DNA of 63,783 bases, filler included, from Neolecta irregularis DAH-3 (Eukaryota), in assembly GCA_001929475.1 (NCBI GenBank). It is 28 parts of 28 records of this genome, joined end to end, with 100 filler letters (N's around TTAATTAATTAA, not from the genome) between each part and the next. Parts side by side here need not be neighbours in the genome. Positions count along the whole stretch, not along the records: positions 50,868 to 52,105 come from LXFE01001835.1; positions 52,206 to 53,600 come from LXFE01001837.1; positions 53,701 to 55,225 come from LXFE01001842.1; positions 55,326 to 57,593 come from LXFE01001853.1; positions 57,694 to 58,916 come from LXFE01001856.1; positions 59,017 to 60,432 come from LXFE01001859.1; positions 60,533 to 62,496 come from LXFE01001860.1; positions 62,597 to 63,783 come from LXFE01001866.1; 20 more parts are not named here. One strand, 5' to 3'. The notes beneath the pieces were generated by a model. That model saw only the letters and a list, made by a program, of their open reading frames with translations, searched no databases and was not told the DNA's origin. The position numbers were made by a program, and so were the translations under genes. Of this stretch, positions 51,556-63,783 are shown in pieces; position 1 is the first letter of the stretch; every line of letters starts with the position of its first letter.

Positions 51556-52287
51556 ATGTGGATGACGACGTTATTAATACAGTGGAAAAAGGAACTTTCT
51601 ATTATATAACAAGCATAATACTACTATGTATATTTCTCCAACTTTAATTCAACGTCATGACCCTGATTTTTATCTACACAGTAAGAAGGCACCGCTATCC
51701 CACACAGCTCCCTCCCCACTGACGTAGGAACAGAACAAAGCATATGTACTATGGCAAGCAGTACCACCAAGCCAAGTAAAAAACACCACAGGCTTTGCCT
51801 CCCAATATATTGGAGGGGAGGCAAACTGAGATATGGAAGTGCATATGCCAATGGAACCGGGCAATAATATATATAGTTGCCTTTATCCAAGAGGTCGCTA
51901 CCCCGAATTTTATGAAATTGGCCAATTTATTTACTTTTTCACCCTAACCTTCTCTCAGCTTGCTCTCTTAAATCCATCTTCAGGCATTTTTCATGCCGTT
52001 GGTTCATCCAGCAAGATCCGTTTGTTCTTGAATGGGATTCCATTTTGCTCGAGTCATTGTGATTGGCTAAATGGTTGTCAAAATGGTTGTAGCGTGGGGG
52101 TAAAANNNNNNNNNNNNNNNNNNNNNNNNNNNNNNNNNNNNNNNNNNNNTTAATTAATTAANNNNNNNNNNNNNNNNNNNNNNNNNNNNNNNNNNNNNNN
52201 NNNNNCGGGATATGATTGTACCTCTCCTTCACACTATCCATACCTACTCCAGGAGGGAGTCTCCGTTACACCTTATTTCAGACCTAT

Positions 52288-53728
52288 TCAGTGGGGCCGC
52301 TTAGTTATCCCCCCAAATGTTTGTCCGAGACCTATTCGCTGGGTGAGCGTAATCCCCCCAAATGTCGGCCCGAGGTTGGTCCCAGGTGTGATAATTGTAA
52401 CAAGACTCGATTCGAAAGCGCCAATGTTGACCTGGGTCCTTAAATTCTCCCGAAAGGAAACAGTATTTCGATTTTTTCCATATATGCTAGATAGCACAAC
52501 TGTTACAAGATCGCGATAAAAGATATCCTCTTGGATAAATGGCTCGAGATCATTCGGGAGATCTGTAGGTAGAAAGAGTGCATGAGCTACAGTGATGATT
52601 GCTAATGTTGCAGGGTTCCGTCTAAAAGGCCTAATGAGAGACCCCAAATATTGATAAGATAGCGTAGCTTGCGCATTAGAACGAAGGATGAATTTGTGAA
52701 ATATTTCCCGCGCCCGACTCCTCTGGCCTGTGTCTTGAGGCTGTTTGTTTGATATCGAAACTCGTTTAAATTTGGCTTCTGATTTAATCTGCCATACTAT
52801 TTCATAATCGCCAAGGCCGAATGAAACGATAAGCAGGTACAAGTCTTCTCGTTGAATGAAAAGCAGCTTGTTGGCTGGTTCATAGAAAACTTCATAACCA
52901 GCATTCTTGCTGAATATCGCGAGAAAGGTCAATGCAATAGTGTCAAATTCTTCTGGAAAGGTGTCTGACGTAAACGAACTCTGTGCCCATGATTTTACAA
53001 TGTCCATAATTTCGCGGTCCGAAAGTTGGTGATGTTCAGAAGCCAGCGTACTAGAAATCCCTTTTCCAAAATTTACTATATCTGGTGGTTCACCAGATAT
53101 GGCAGTTTTGCAGACACGTAGAACAGATTGATCTAGCTGTATTTCTGCGGGAGATCTTGGGCAACTTGCTCGGACCATTTGTTCCAAACCATGTTCTTTA
53201 AAATATTCTCGCTTCAAGAATAGCCCATATTTAGTTAGAATCTCACTAGCCCAAATTCCTTCAGGATTTCCATCAAACCTTGTGGTAATGTCTTGAACTT
53301 CAACTCGTAGGGGCAGAAGTGGTCTAGTTATCAGAAATCTATCACTACTTGCATGCACTTACACATATACTTTAACAACCTCGGTATTATAAGGTACAGA
53401 GAGAGAGAGCCACTCTTTCTCAGATCTGGCATAGATGTAACAAGTTGTTTGATCCAAGACAAAAGATTGGCAAAAGTATTGCAACAACCGGCATTGTTTT
53501 GCACATTCTTCTATTGCGTCGTTCCTATCCATATCTGTAAGGGTATACCCGGATATTACCCGGGATATACCCATACCAACACAGTAGGTGGCGGATAAAG
53601 NNNNNNNNNNNNNNNNNNNNNNNNNNNNNNNNNNNNNNNNNNNNTTAATTAATTAANNNNNNNNNNNNNNNNNNNNNNNNNNNNNNNNNNNNNNNNNNNN
53701 CGATGATGAAGAAGAGCTTTGGTAACAT
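52288..53728 (-). pseudogene. Secreted PAN/Apple-like + unknown-domain family, member C, interrupted by an LTR at 53536
   Basis: Probable start MLPKLFFII (53728, across the gap); DMDRNDAIEECAKQC...FCQSF...TC; intron 53324-53362; WASEILTKYG...FDTIALTFLAIFSKN...FYRDLVTVVLSSIYGK. Confidence 0.7.
53536..53600. mobile_element. LTR terminus inserted in family member C
   Basis: Near-identical to 15555-15619; protein homology to member B stops at this boundary. Confidence 0.65.
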
Positions 53729-54049
53729 TGTGTGAGTTGTTGTACACTTCGTGTTGTGTATAAGTACAGACTTTTGTTGCGTCTCGAATATAAGAATTGA
53801 AGAAAAATAATCCTGCGAAACATGCCCTGAAATACTTTTTTCGGGTAAATCCAATTGTATGCCATCCCCTTAACTGCAAGTTTTAGACGAGTGGAGGTTG
53901 AGTTGAGACTCTGTGAGTCAACTGGTTGATATAGAAGCAGTTTAACCCAAAAGAAATGGAATAGGTAGGAAGTACATTGATTTAATCCATGTTACAGCAT
54001 GTCACACGCAGGTTGTAGCGGGGTGGGGGTTGTTAGCCCAGATCGCCCT

Positions 54050-54175
54050 GATGAAGATCCAGCTATCCTTGATAGCTATGAAGACCGAGATACGGAAGCC
54101 ATAGTGATGCACAGAGGCTCAACCAGGAGACGGGAATACTTGGTGAAATGGACGAATACAGAACCAGATGAAAGG
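54050..54175 (+). mobile_element. Chromodomain remnant (chromovirus integrase C-terminus)
   Basis: EAIVMHRGSTRRREYLVKWTN. Confidence 0.55.
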
Positions 54176-55084
54176 GAACACCCCCAGCAACCGAGTCAGA
54201 CTGAGTCCATCATCTCACTAACGGTTACCCCTGCAGACTGAATCCACCCACAGCACCGAGTCACTCGCTGACGGTCAGAGTCCACCATCTAGTCAAGGTC
54301 ACTCTGGCAGCCAGAGTCCAGCCAGATGCAGCTGACAATCGCCCATGACACGCCGCTGCAGGCCGAGATTGCTGGCTGAGTCGTGCTAGAGGACGTCGCC
54401 GCTGTCGTCGTCGTGTGCGCCGAGTGCGCAGTGCCCCCGGCAGGCTCGACCGAAGAGCACAAGGCACACATTACCGCCCACCGCGGCTGCCTGGTTGAGC
54501 GAGCCTTGCTCACCCATCCTTCCTGCCTGGCCCACCCATATTTCCCGTCTCACACACCAGTTTGGCCTGTTTGGCCTGGCCACCTATTTTATCAACATTC
54601 ACTCCATCTCCTTCCTTTTCTCGACTTTAACCTTTGGGTCGGATTCTGAGCAACATGCGGCAGCCCCCCATCTCGTAATAGGATGTTGCCGCTGACCCTG
54701 CTCCTGCTGTTCCCACCACATACCTTGCTACCACTGCTATAAGCATGTCCTCGCTGCCACCAGCTGCTACACCACATAGTCCCCCACAAACAGTACTGCC
54801 GCCCACTTCATCAGATAACCCGTCTTGGGGAGGCCCAAAGCCCACGCGGTTTTCAGAGGGTTGGGCTGGCCCATTGGTCCAGGCGACGCTATTCAGACTG
54901 CCTATTCCAAAGTGTTAGGGATTGAAATACTATCTAGACTTTGTAATAGCAGCTTGTAGAGTACCAATTGTTCCAGACGGGTATTCTGGGTGTGGGTCTA
55001 GGGTGATTTTCCCTCGTTTCGTCGTGTAATATGAAAAAACAGGTCCGCACATGTTTTTTCTTTTTTGAAGAATTGGGGAGGATC

Positions 55085-55225
55085 CTTACCAAACACGCGC
55101 TTAAAATACGAATTTTTGGAAAGTATATTTTATAAAATGTGGCGCGCACCAAACGCGCACCTGAAATTCCTATTTTTTAAAAAGCCACATTTTATGAAAT
55201 TTGCCGCGAACCAAACGCACCCTAA
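55085..55225. mobile_element. PIF/Harbinger (Tourist-like) MITE end with TAA
   Basis: ...GCGAACCAAACGCACCC-TAA, internal ACCAAAC repeats; second copy at 32594. Confidence 0.55.
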
Positions 55226-55585
55226 NNNNNNNNNNNNNNNNNNNNNNNNNNNNNNNNNNNNNNNNNNNNTTAATTAATTAANNNNNNNNNNNNNNNNNNN
55301 NNNNNNNNNNNNNNNNNNNNNNNNNCTCTCTCCCGCCTCTCTCATGTCTCTCTCCCGTCGCTCTCTCCCACCTGTCTCTCCCGCCCGCGCGCCTGTCTCT
55401 ACCGCCCATCCCGCACACCACACTCACCTGTCCCGCCCGTCTCACGTTCTCATCCGGCGCGCCTCACCTGCCCGTCCCGTCGCCTTGCCCGCTTGTCTCA
55501 TGCCCGTCCTGTCCACCTCTCCTGTCTTTCCCGCCCGCCTGTCCCGTCCACCCCGCGCGCCTCTCCCATCCTGCGAGCTTGCCTC

Positions 55586-57196
55586 TTGATCGTTTTTGCA
55601 ATGAATTAGGGATTGTTGGCTGTCGGGAAGAGGAGGCCTTTGGTTTGGACACTAGCTCTTGTTTGTGCTTCAGAAATTCCTGCAATGCCCGATTGACTGG
55701 AACATCCTTCAAGGTTGAATCAATTGCTTTTTTGGCCTATTTAACAACAAGGTTCTTTGTTTTGGGTTTCCCTTGCTGTTTGGGCATGCCAGCTGCTGTT
55801 GAAGTTTCCAGTACTTTCTCCTCAACAGGTTATTGCGTCCTTGAACTTGTTCTCGATACTGGTTTTCCAAAATTGTAAGAGATTTATTTTCCTTACTTTT
55901 AGCTTTTTCAAGGTCGGCAAGTCGTAGCGAGCTATCAGCTCTAGACTTTCTTTCAGAAATAATAGACTGCTCGGCTAGTTGAAGTTGAGACTGGGTTTGT
56001 TTGCGCGATTGGCGTTTTCGATCAAGACGGTCTGCCAGTCTCTTGGTTTCAGTAGCCATCGCTTCCAGAGCTTGTTCCGTCTTCTTGAGTCCCTTTTCTT
56101 TTTCAGCAAAATTATGATGAAGATTCTCGAGATCACAAGTCACTGTATCGAGGTCCCTGCGTAACAAACGGAGTTTTCGGAAAAGCTCATGCCGGTTTGA
56201 AGACTCGTCTTTTAAAACATCACGGATAGCGTTATCAATGGCGATAAGCTCTTTTTGAGAATCGATTTCCTTGATTTCTATGACTGAAAAATTCCTTCGT
56301 AGCGTCCATAGTTCGCTTTGTGTCTTTTCCAACTCTTCATTTTTACGTTCAATAAATTTAACGTCAAAGTCCTCTGGACGCTGTTTCGTCATTTCTTCTT
56401 CAGTCAGCAGCTTCCATTTTTCTTCTTGGTCTTGAATATGTTGTTCAAGACCCCCCGAATTGCTTCTTCTTTAACTATATTCTGACTCAGCTCTCTCTCG
56501 CGGTCTTTAAGGAATCTAATCTCACGTTCAGACGATTCATGTTGTACGCTGAGACGAGTCAGGCGCTAGCTGATATCAGCCTTTTGGTCGTTTAATCCAT
56601 CGAGTTGGTTCATAAATATGGTCTCCGATTCGGCAGCTTCTTCGAGTCGTTTACGAAGGTCGGCAATACGCATGTTTTTCGTTTGGAGACCCTCCTCAAA
56701 GAGATATTATCGCTGACAACCTAAAATTCATTTAGGCAACCGAGCAAGTTTACCTTTTCCAGCTCATCCTTCAATTCCAAGAGCACCGGGTCTTTAACTT
56801 CAAGTTCATCATCCAACCTATCAACTTCATATTCGGCTTCCCCCTTCAATAGCTCATAACGTTCCTCCAGTTTCGTGATATACCGTTTCATCTCACGTTT
56901 GACCTCCCGTAAAAGGTCAAGCTCCTCAGCAAGCTCAGACAATGTTCTAGCAGCTTCTCCCGTTAATCTATGTTTTTCTTGTCGGATCGCCTCATAAGCA
57001 TGTTCAGCTTCATGGATTCGATCCTGACTTGCCAACTTGACTTCAGATATATTATCGCGGAGTTCATTTAGCGCCAACTCGCATTCCAGGTGATCTACTT
57101 CATTGCCGTTGTCCCTGCGAAGATTGAGTTTCAAAGCTTCCAGTTCGGCATAGAGAGCTGATTTTTCTCGAGTTCGCGCTTCGAGGAGTGAATTGA
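55586..57196 (-). pseudogene. Fragmentary Mto1/ApsB/Pcp1-like coiled-coil MTOC protein
   Basis: LLEARTREKSALYAELEALKL, LRDNISEVKL, LENQYREQVQGRNNLL. Frames are broken and the N-terminus is absent. Confidence 0.5.
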
Positions 57197-57366
57197 AAGA
57201 TATGAGCGTATACTTTATACAGCGACTGTTAGTGCAAAAAATAACTTGACGACATAGGAGTTCAAAGCATATGTTTATGGTAGTATATAGCATTGTCCAT
57301 ATCTTCATTTAATGTACTTTGGCATGATATTTTCCTTTCTGTTTGGTCTAGGTCGGATTAATATAA

Positions 57367-57593
57367 TTACACATCAATAATGATTGTCTGTCCATCGCAG
57401 ATGATGGCCACTTTCTTCCCGTCGCAATTCCATGAACTCTCTTGGACATCACCATCCACACACATAGAAAGCTGTCTTCCATAGTCAAGTAACCCGATTG
57501 CCCCATCAATACAGATTCGGCCCTGTTTACTTACGCTGGTATATCCGACATTGGAACCTACTTCATCCTCGCCGATAATTTCCCATCCCGCTT
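57367..57593 (-). CDS. 3' end of a probable WD40-repeat protein
   Basis: Open frame from the gap: ...VQESSWNCDGKKVAIICDGQTIIIDV*. Confidence 0.35.
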
Positions 57594-57979
57594 NNNNNNN
57601 NNNNNNNNNNNNNNNNNNNNNNNNNNNNNNNNNNNNNTTAATTAATTAANNNNNNNNNNNNNNNNNNNNNNNNNNNNNNNNNNNNNNNNNNNNATTACTC
57701 GGTTCCGTCAACCTCCATTCACCCTCATCTTGTCCGTTCTCAATTTCTCCCCTGTATTCTAGCTACTCATCTTTCTTTTGCGTAACTATGCTCCTTAACT
57801 GTGACTATGCTCCTATGTTACTGTGCTGCTTGCTACTGCTTACCCATGTTATTCTCCTACCAAACACACATTCACTTGGAGTCCAAACCTTGCCACTTCT
57901 ACTCCGGTACTGCTGTTCGGTACTTTGCTGTTTGCTTTGCTCTACCTCCTCAACCACTATCCATTACCCATTCTCCACC

Positions 57980-58916
57980 ATGCCCCCTCCCTCCACGCCC
58001 TCTCCTACCTCTTCCCCATCTCCTTCTCTCCCCCTCTTCCCTCAGCCTCAATCTTCTACAGACCATGACGCGCCTCCAGATTCCCCCCTGCATGAAATCC
58101 TCGCCTCCGACGTGCTTCCCTCGATTTTGACCCTCCACTAATCTCCAGCTTGGTGTAACCATCCTGTTGCAACGTCTCAAACAGCAAATCGGATGTGGAA
58201 AAGTAATCTCTCCTTCTGCAATCCTAACCACAAGGAGCTCGCCTCCTTCTTCAGAAAGAGAAGCATCCTCGAGGACGAGTATGCTCGCGGTCCCACCCTT
58301 CACCCTTCACTCTCTCATTAATAGGCTTGCAGAAACTCTCCAAAATCACCGTCGAGACCTTTCGTAAACCAGAGCTAAAACGAGGGTAACGCCCACTCCT
58401 CATTCCCCTCTCACGCCAGCACATTTGCCCACCAATTGACTTACTCAATGACCCTCTACGATAAACTCGTTGAAAACTCCCTCTTCTTCGTCAATTCTCT
58501 TCGTAAAATGTCTGACGAACTTGCAGATCTCAGCAAAACTTCTGAAAAAAACAGAAAGGAAATAAAGGAAGCTTCAGCACGCAACGAGAAAAACGTCCAT
58601 GAGGCAGAAGCTCAAGTGGAAAAGGCAAAGGCCAAGTATGATAGTATCTGCGATGAGTACGATCGCACAATGGCTGTGAAGAATGGAGCATCGGACCCAA
58701 AAAAGCCCCTCCTTTCCTTCCGCTCAAGGAACGAGGCTCAACTTTTAAAGATGGAAGAAGACACTAGAACGCGGGCCCAATCATCCGATGCCGAGTACAA
58801 AGAAAAAATCCAACTTGCAAATATGGTTCGGCATCACCTGCTCCATGCTTGGCGTCCCCAACATATTCAAGCACGTCCTCCAAAAATCGCCGCTAACAGC
58901 GCCAGTCGCTTAAAGA
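57980..58916 (+). CDS. F-BAR domain protein (Rgd1/Rga7-like RhoGAP), 5' fragment
   Basis: EILASD|LGVTILLQRLKQ, ELASFFRKRSILEDEYAR|GLQKL, SLRKMSDELADL..EKNRKEIK, EKAKAKYDSICDEYDR. Confidence 0.8.
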
Positions 58917-59016
58917 NNNNNNNNNNNNNNNNNNNNNNNNNNNNNNNNNNNNNNNNNNNNTTAATTAATTAANNNNNNNNNNNNNNNNNNNNNNNNNNNN
59001 NNNNNNNNNNNNNNNN

Positions 59017-59893
59017 GAGATTTTCTCCCGAGAAAATGTCTGAAAAGGAATGGGCTAATGTGCTTTTAAATCGGTATGGGTTCGTCGATCATGGACCTCA
59101 CTACTCTGAATGGAATATCCACAAGGCATTTCTTACGGTCTGCCAAACTGCCATACATGCAAACCGACCAAGAGCACTTAATTTTAAGAAATGGCTTTCT
59201 GGGGCTGATATTTTGACATCTCAAAGAAAACCTCAGGAACTCGAGAGATTTTCTCGACGAAAAATGAATGGATTCGTCAAATATTGGGCAGCAAGAACCC
59301 CCAGTGCCTCCGTAGGTGATCATGGACACGAACTTGACGCCATAGTTCTCGCTTTTCTCGCTTTATTCAGCGAGAAATTTCGTCCAGACATAACAACTAT
59401 TTACGATCCAGTCGAAAAGGTACTTTTTATCGAAGGAAATAACTTGCACCTATTCATCTCCTCGGTTGACTCGGGTGATTACATTATTGTACGAAAACAG
59501 CCTGCTGATACTGTCATACTTTCAACGCTCGGGACGTCTAACGAGCATTACGAAACTGCCATGGCAATGTTTGAACTAAGTATGGATCGTTTCCATCATG
59601 TATATCATCGGTATTTCGAACCCCGTTATATCAAAATAAGATGGTATTATCTCGATCGCGTTGAGAAAGCGCTAGCCGTCATTAAACTTGTTGAAGATCT
59701 ACTCAATCGACCACCAGAGTACGACCCTGAAAATCACTTTATCACACACCAGAGTGTGGGCGTGACCCGTGATGCCGTGACCGCTGTTCTTTTTAATGTA
59801 TACGGAAATCCATCAGCTCTTCAACTGAATGCATACCGAGGGCTCCGACTAGGCAACACCAAGTTGGATACGGTTGATATTATCACTCAATAG
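59017..59893 (+). CDS. Unknown-domain family member D (second exon; 5' part in gap)
   Basis: WANVLLNRYG...VCQTAIH...WAA...LDAIVLAFLALFS...YDPVEKVLFIE..LHLFI...DYIIV...RDAVTAVLFNVYGN aligns by eye with members A-C. Confidence 0.7.
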
Positions 59894-60132
59894 TTGGTTT
59901 GTTATGTGTAATAGGACTACACACAAAGAATCTTTACTATAAACAAATCAAGAGTAGCTCCATATTTTTCCATGCCCTTCCTGTAGAAATTGACAGAGTC
60001 CACCATATACGCAATCTTGTGACTCGTTTGACTTTGAATGACTTGAATGAATGTGACAAATGAAATGGTGTCATCCCCCATTAGCAATATTGATGCAATA
60101 TTTAGGAGATATGCCTCAATCCTGAGGGGCGG

Positions 60133-60411
60133 TTGAAAACTGATAAAATGATGCAAAAAGAAACTCTCGACCTCTTTCAACAAGCAAGGAAACTGAAGAC
60201 GACCATACAGTATTCCAGGAACATTATATACAATAGCGACTCTATCGCGCACTTGTTGTTGAACGTTATACAAGTACTTCTTGAACCTAACCCGCAGTCG
60301 TATTATTATACTGACCCATCTGGGCTAATATTCTGTAGAGACCTTATAACAGCTGTGCTCTCCCACATTTATGGAAAAAGTACAAGAGAACTCGAATGTT
60401 TTCAGCATTGA
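60133..60411 (+). pseudogene. C-terminal fragment of the same family (member E)
   Basis: LLEPNP...IFCRDLITAVLSHIYGK matches IFYRDLVTVVLSSIYGK of member C. Confidence 0.55.
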
Positions 60412-60739
60412 ACACGACATTGCAATCGAAAANNNNNNNNNNNNNNNNNNNNNNNNNNNNNNNNNNNNNNNNNNNNTTAATTAATTAANNNNNNNNNNNN
60501 NNNNNNNNNNNNNNNNNNNNNNNNNNNNNNNNCCAGCCAGTCCACCACCGAGAATAACCACAGATGTTTCAATTTCTTCTGTAACCGGAAGACCTGGAAG
60601 TGGCAATGAATAAAGCAATTGGCTGGCAGCGAGGACCAAAGGCAAATAAGGCATTGTCAAACAGGCCCTTGAGGGGTCAGGCTGTGGTGCGCTTTGATCT
60701 CTACCCCGGATATTAAGATCCGGATTAGCCAGTTACCCC

Positions 60740-62450
60740 CACTCAGACTTGCTAATAAATAAGTCTTTCAAGTCAGACTTGCCTGCGTACTTGCTTAAGT
60801 CTGGCAGACAAAAATTGGCAAGTAAGCCAGTACCACAGTGTAGACTTGCTTGATTGGACTTAACAGTTTAAGACTTTTAATGAGATATTGAATATTTTCT
60901 TAATACCTCTACCAGAAATTGTCTGAATTGTCCCAGGAGATATTATCATAGTGTCAATTCCAATCATCAATATGAATTTCAGAGATCTTACCACAGCAAA
61001 TTTCAATTTTTCAAGACCAGACACCTTCAATATCACTCAGGAAGATTGATATCAATATATCAACCCTTGGTCCTGAACTTAATAATGATGATGACAACTA
61101 TGATGGCATTGATTGGAACCGACTACCTGATTACCAAAGGCCCTATAAAGTAACAGGTGAGAGGGCATTGACGATAACGGACCAGGAGGGGGAGCAGTAA
61201 CAGGCGAGGTGGGTGGGGCGATAGCAGGCAAGGAGGGCAGGCGATAACAGGCGAGAATGGCAGGCGAGAATGGGCGAGAGGGTGGGGTGGTAAAGGGTGA
61301 GGAGGGCGGGCAGTAACGGGCGAGGAGGGCAAGCAGTAATGGGCGAGGAGGGCATGCGATAACGGGTGAGGGGGGCAGGCGATAATGGGCGAGGAAGGCG
61401 GGGCAGTAATGGGCAGGGGAGTGAGAGGAATCAAGTAGGAGAGTAAGAGGAAGCAAGCAGAGCCTTTCCATGTCACTTTGATAAAACTATATAATAAATC
61501 CACCCGACATTGTAGATTCACCACTCTGCAATCCCAAGCTCATTTAGAGTTGTTAAATGGCTGATAATGAGTCCTCTGGATCAAGACTAGATGATGGCGT
61601 GTAGGAAGGGTGTTGTGGAAAATCAAGGATGTTCTTGCTTGTTAGCAAGCCTTGCCCCCACTCTCGCTGTGTTTGTTTCCATATCAGTTTTAGCAACAGA
61701 GTAACCGAGAAATAGAGTAGTAGAGCAATTGAACAGCTAGATTATATACCTAATCTCAAGATATTCTATCAGCCATCATTATGTTGTCTTCCAAGGCAGC
61801 TCTCATTAAAAATAGAGATATAACACCAAGCGGACCACTGTGGCGTAAATATTGGAGCTTTGCTTATTACTCACCATATTTGATTTTAGAGAAACTCAAA
61901 TGTAGGGTGACCTTACAAGTTTAAGAGAGTTATCTATGGTAAACTTTTACATAAAAACAGTGATATATTTCAGATATCCAATCTAAGCTCACAACCAGAT
62001 TTAGAAACCAGCCATTCCCAAATACTATATCTAATTAAATCCAGAAGCCAATCATAGATTTCAAAGTACAAAATGGGGACTTGAAAGCAGATTACAAGCT
62101 GAATTTACACAGCTAAGCAAACCAGGGGAGCAGGTAACATTTAATATGGTCATTCAAAGTGACGTAACTCTTACAATTCCGATATCTCACTGATTACCAT
62201 AAGCTCAAACCGGTAGTAAAGTTTTTTTAAGAATTCCATGATGATAGGGCAAGAATACAGCTTGTACCAGTCACTCATTATTGGGATGCTTTGTAAGTCT
62301 TGGCCTTAACCAATTTCTAGAAATCGTTCTATGTCTGAGATAGCAACTACCGAAACTCCAACTTGCCTCTTCAAGGTCTGCAGTTTTTGTCTGAGTCTTA
62401 ATCTAGTCTGTCTATCTTATATATACTTGCTGATGATCTAATTCACTGTG
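60740..62450 (+). mobile_element. Decayed hAT-like DNA transposon with a purine-rich insertion
   Basis: Repeated AGACTTGC subterminal-like motifs at 60745-60850; DDDNYDGIDWNRLPDYQRP and HCGVNI remnants; many stops; CpG-poor. Confidence 0.4.
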
Positions 62451-62596
62451 ATGGTTGAAATTAATTCAGCATAAATCTCTGCTGCCTTACCGACTCNNNN
62501 NNNNNNNNNNNNNNNNNNNNNNNNNNNNNNNNNNNNNNNNTTAATTAATTAANNNNNNNNNNNNNNNNNNNNNNNNNNNNNNNNNNNNNNNNNNNN

Positions 62597-63140
62597 GCCG
62601 CAAGGCCGAGACGGCCGCGGGCCTCGCCGAGCTGGCCGCCCTCGCCCGCCCGCTGCTGCTGCGCGCCCTGCCGTCCGCCGCCGCCGCCCATTCCTTGTCC
62701 TACACCGCCAGGGTCCTCAAGGCGGCCGTCCGCAACGTGGCGTCGCTCGAGGAACTGCCTCGGTTTTGCGGGTGCCTGCCGTTCTCCCTGCCGCTTCTGA
62801 TGCCTAGGTACATGTATGTGTTCCCCACTTTCGAACTGGACGGATTGCCAGACGCTACAGGTACCGCCGTCTAGACTGTTCTGACCCAGATTCCATCATC
62901 GCCGCTGTGCAGGACAAGCTGGTCCTTGTTGACGACTGGTCAGAAGCAACTCTCAAAGACGCGTTCGTCTCTGTCGCCCAGTCTGGCTTTCAAAATAGCG
63001 ATGTCTTAAAAGTCGCTCGCAGAGCGTTGACTGGCACCGCTGTTGGAATAAACACCGTCGCCTGTGCGGATATCTTGGGCAAAATAGAAGTTCTGCATCG
63101 CATATCGGCATTCAGAGTGGCCTGGAATGATATGATATAA
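62597..63140 (+). CDS. MSE1: Mitochondrial glutamyl-tRNA synthetase, 3' fragment (anticodon-binding domain)
   Basis: DWSEATLK...VLKVARRALTGTAVG...ILGKIEVLHRI resembles the GluRS C-terminal 'LR.ALTG..GP..LLG.E..RL' pattern. Confidence 0.6.
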
Positions 63141-63275
63141 TATGATATGATGTAATATGATGTAATATGATATGATATAATATGATATGATATAATATGA
63201 TATGATATGATATGATATGATATTGTTGTATTGATGATATGATATGATATGATATGATATTGATTGATGATAATA
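63128..63275. repeat. (GATAT)n microsatellite
   Basis: Directly visible in the sequence. Confidence 0.95.
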
Positions 63276-63783
63276 TTGTATTGTAAGTGATTGACAGAAG
63301 TACAAGACTCGGTTCTAATATACAGGGAGTATACCTACCCCAAGTGCGGGAACTTGGTTAGGTTACGGTTAATATACTCCAATATTGAATATTGAAAACA
63401 TCTTCACGTGTGATAAGGGCTTATGTCCTTATGATGACACCGATCAGTGCCGAATCAGACCAAAAGTATATAAAAATCATGTATAAATTGTGATGTCTAT
63501 GATTCTTTATATTTTGACAGGCAGGAAAACACAGGTGAGGCTGACAGGTGCGAGGGCTGTCCTTACCGACTAACTGCCACATAGGCGGGCGGGAGAGCGA
63601 GCAGGACAGGCTGGCAGGAGAGCGAACGGGAGAGGCGAGCAGGAGAGCGAGCAGGAGAGGCGGGCAGGAATGAGATTCTGTAGGTTTAATGTAAAGTGGA
63701 CCAAATAAATTGTAAGGTTAAGGTGGAGAAGCAGTGGTTGCAAGATAATTAGGCATCTCGGTGGGTATATTCAAAGCGTTGGA

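Overview
Eukaryotic (fungal) draft-assembly scaffold made of about 28 short contigs joined by artificial 100-nt N/TTAATTAATTAA linkers. The compact genes and very short (32-50 nt) spliceosomal introns fit an early-diverging ascomycete (Taphrinomycotina-like, e.g. Neolecta); this is inference only. Housekeeping genes, complete or partial: two tandem lysophospholipases, Pin2-like, MED14, VMA16, ATG18, a PPM2/TYW4 pseudogene, POP4, a GT8 fragment, MTF2-like, the LOS1 start, an HD-domain nucleotidase, PRP8, an MFS permease, a divergent XPA/RAD14, CHZ1, VPS39, RFC4, a yapsin-like protease, RGD1-like and mitochondrial GluRS. Between them are decayed Ty3/gypsy elements, solo LTRs, MITE ends and satellites. 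Most notable: (1) a dispersed, unrecognised secreted protein family (signal peptide + PAN/Apple-like Cys domain + conserved 39-nt intron + ~300-aa domain of unknown fold) with 4-5 copies; (2) a gypsy element whose PBS is a ~50-nt copy of the 3' part of mature tRNA-Lys; (3) a telomere-linked-type RecQ helicase fused to a tyrosine-recombinase-like region; (4) at least six GC-AG introns; (5) CpG-depleted TEs next to very GC-rich gene starts. All identifications are by motif recognition; no searches were run.
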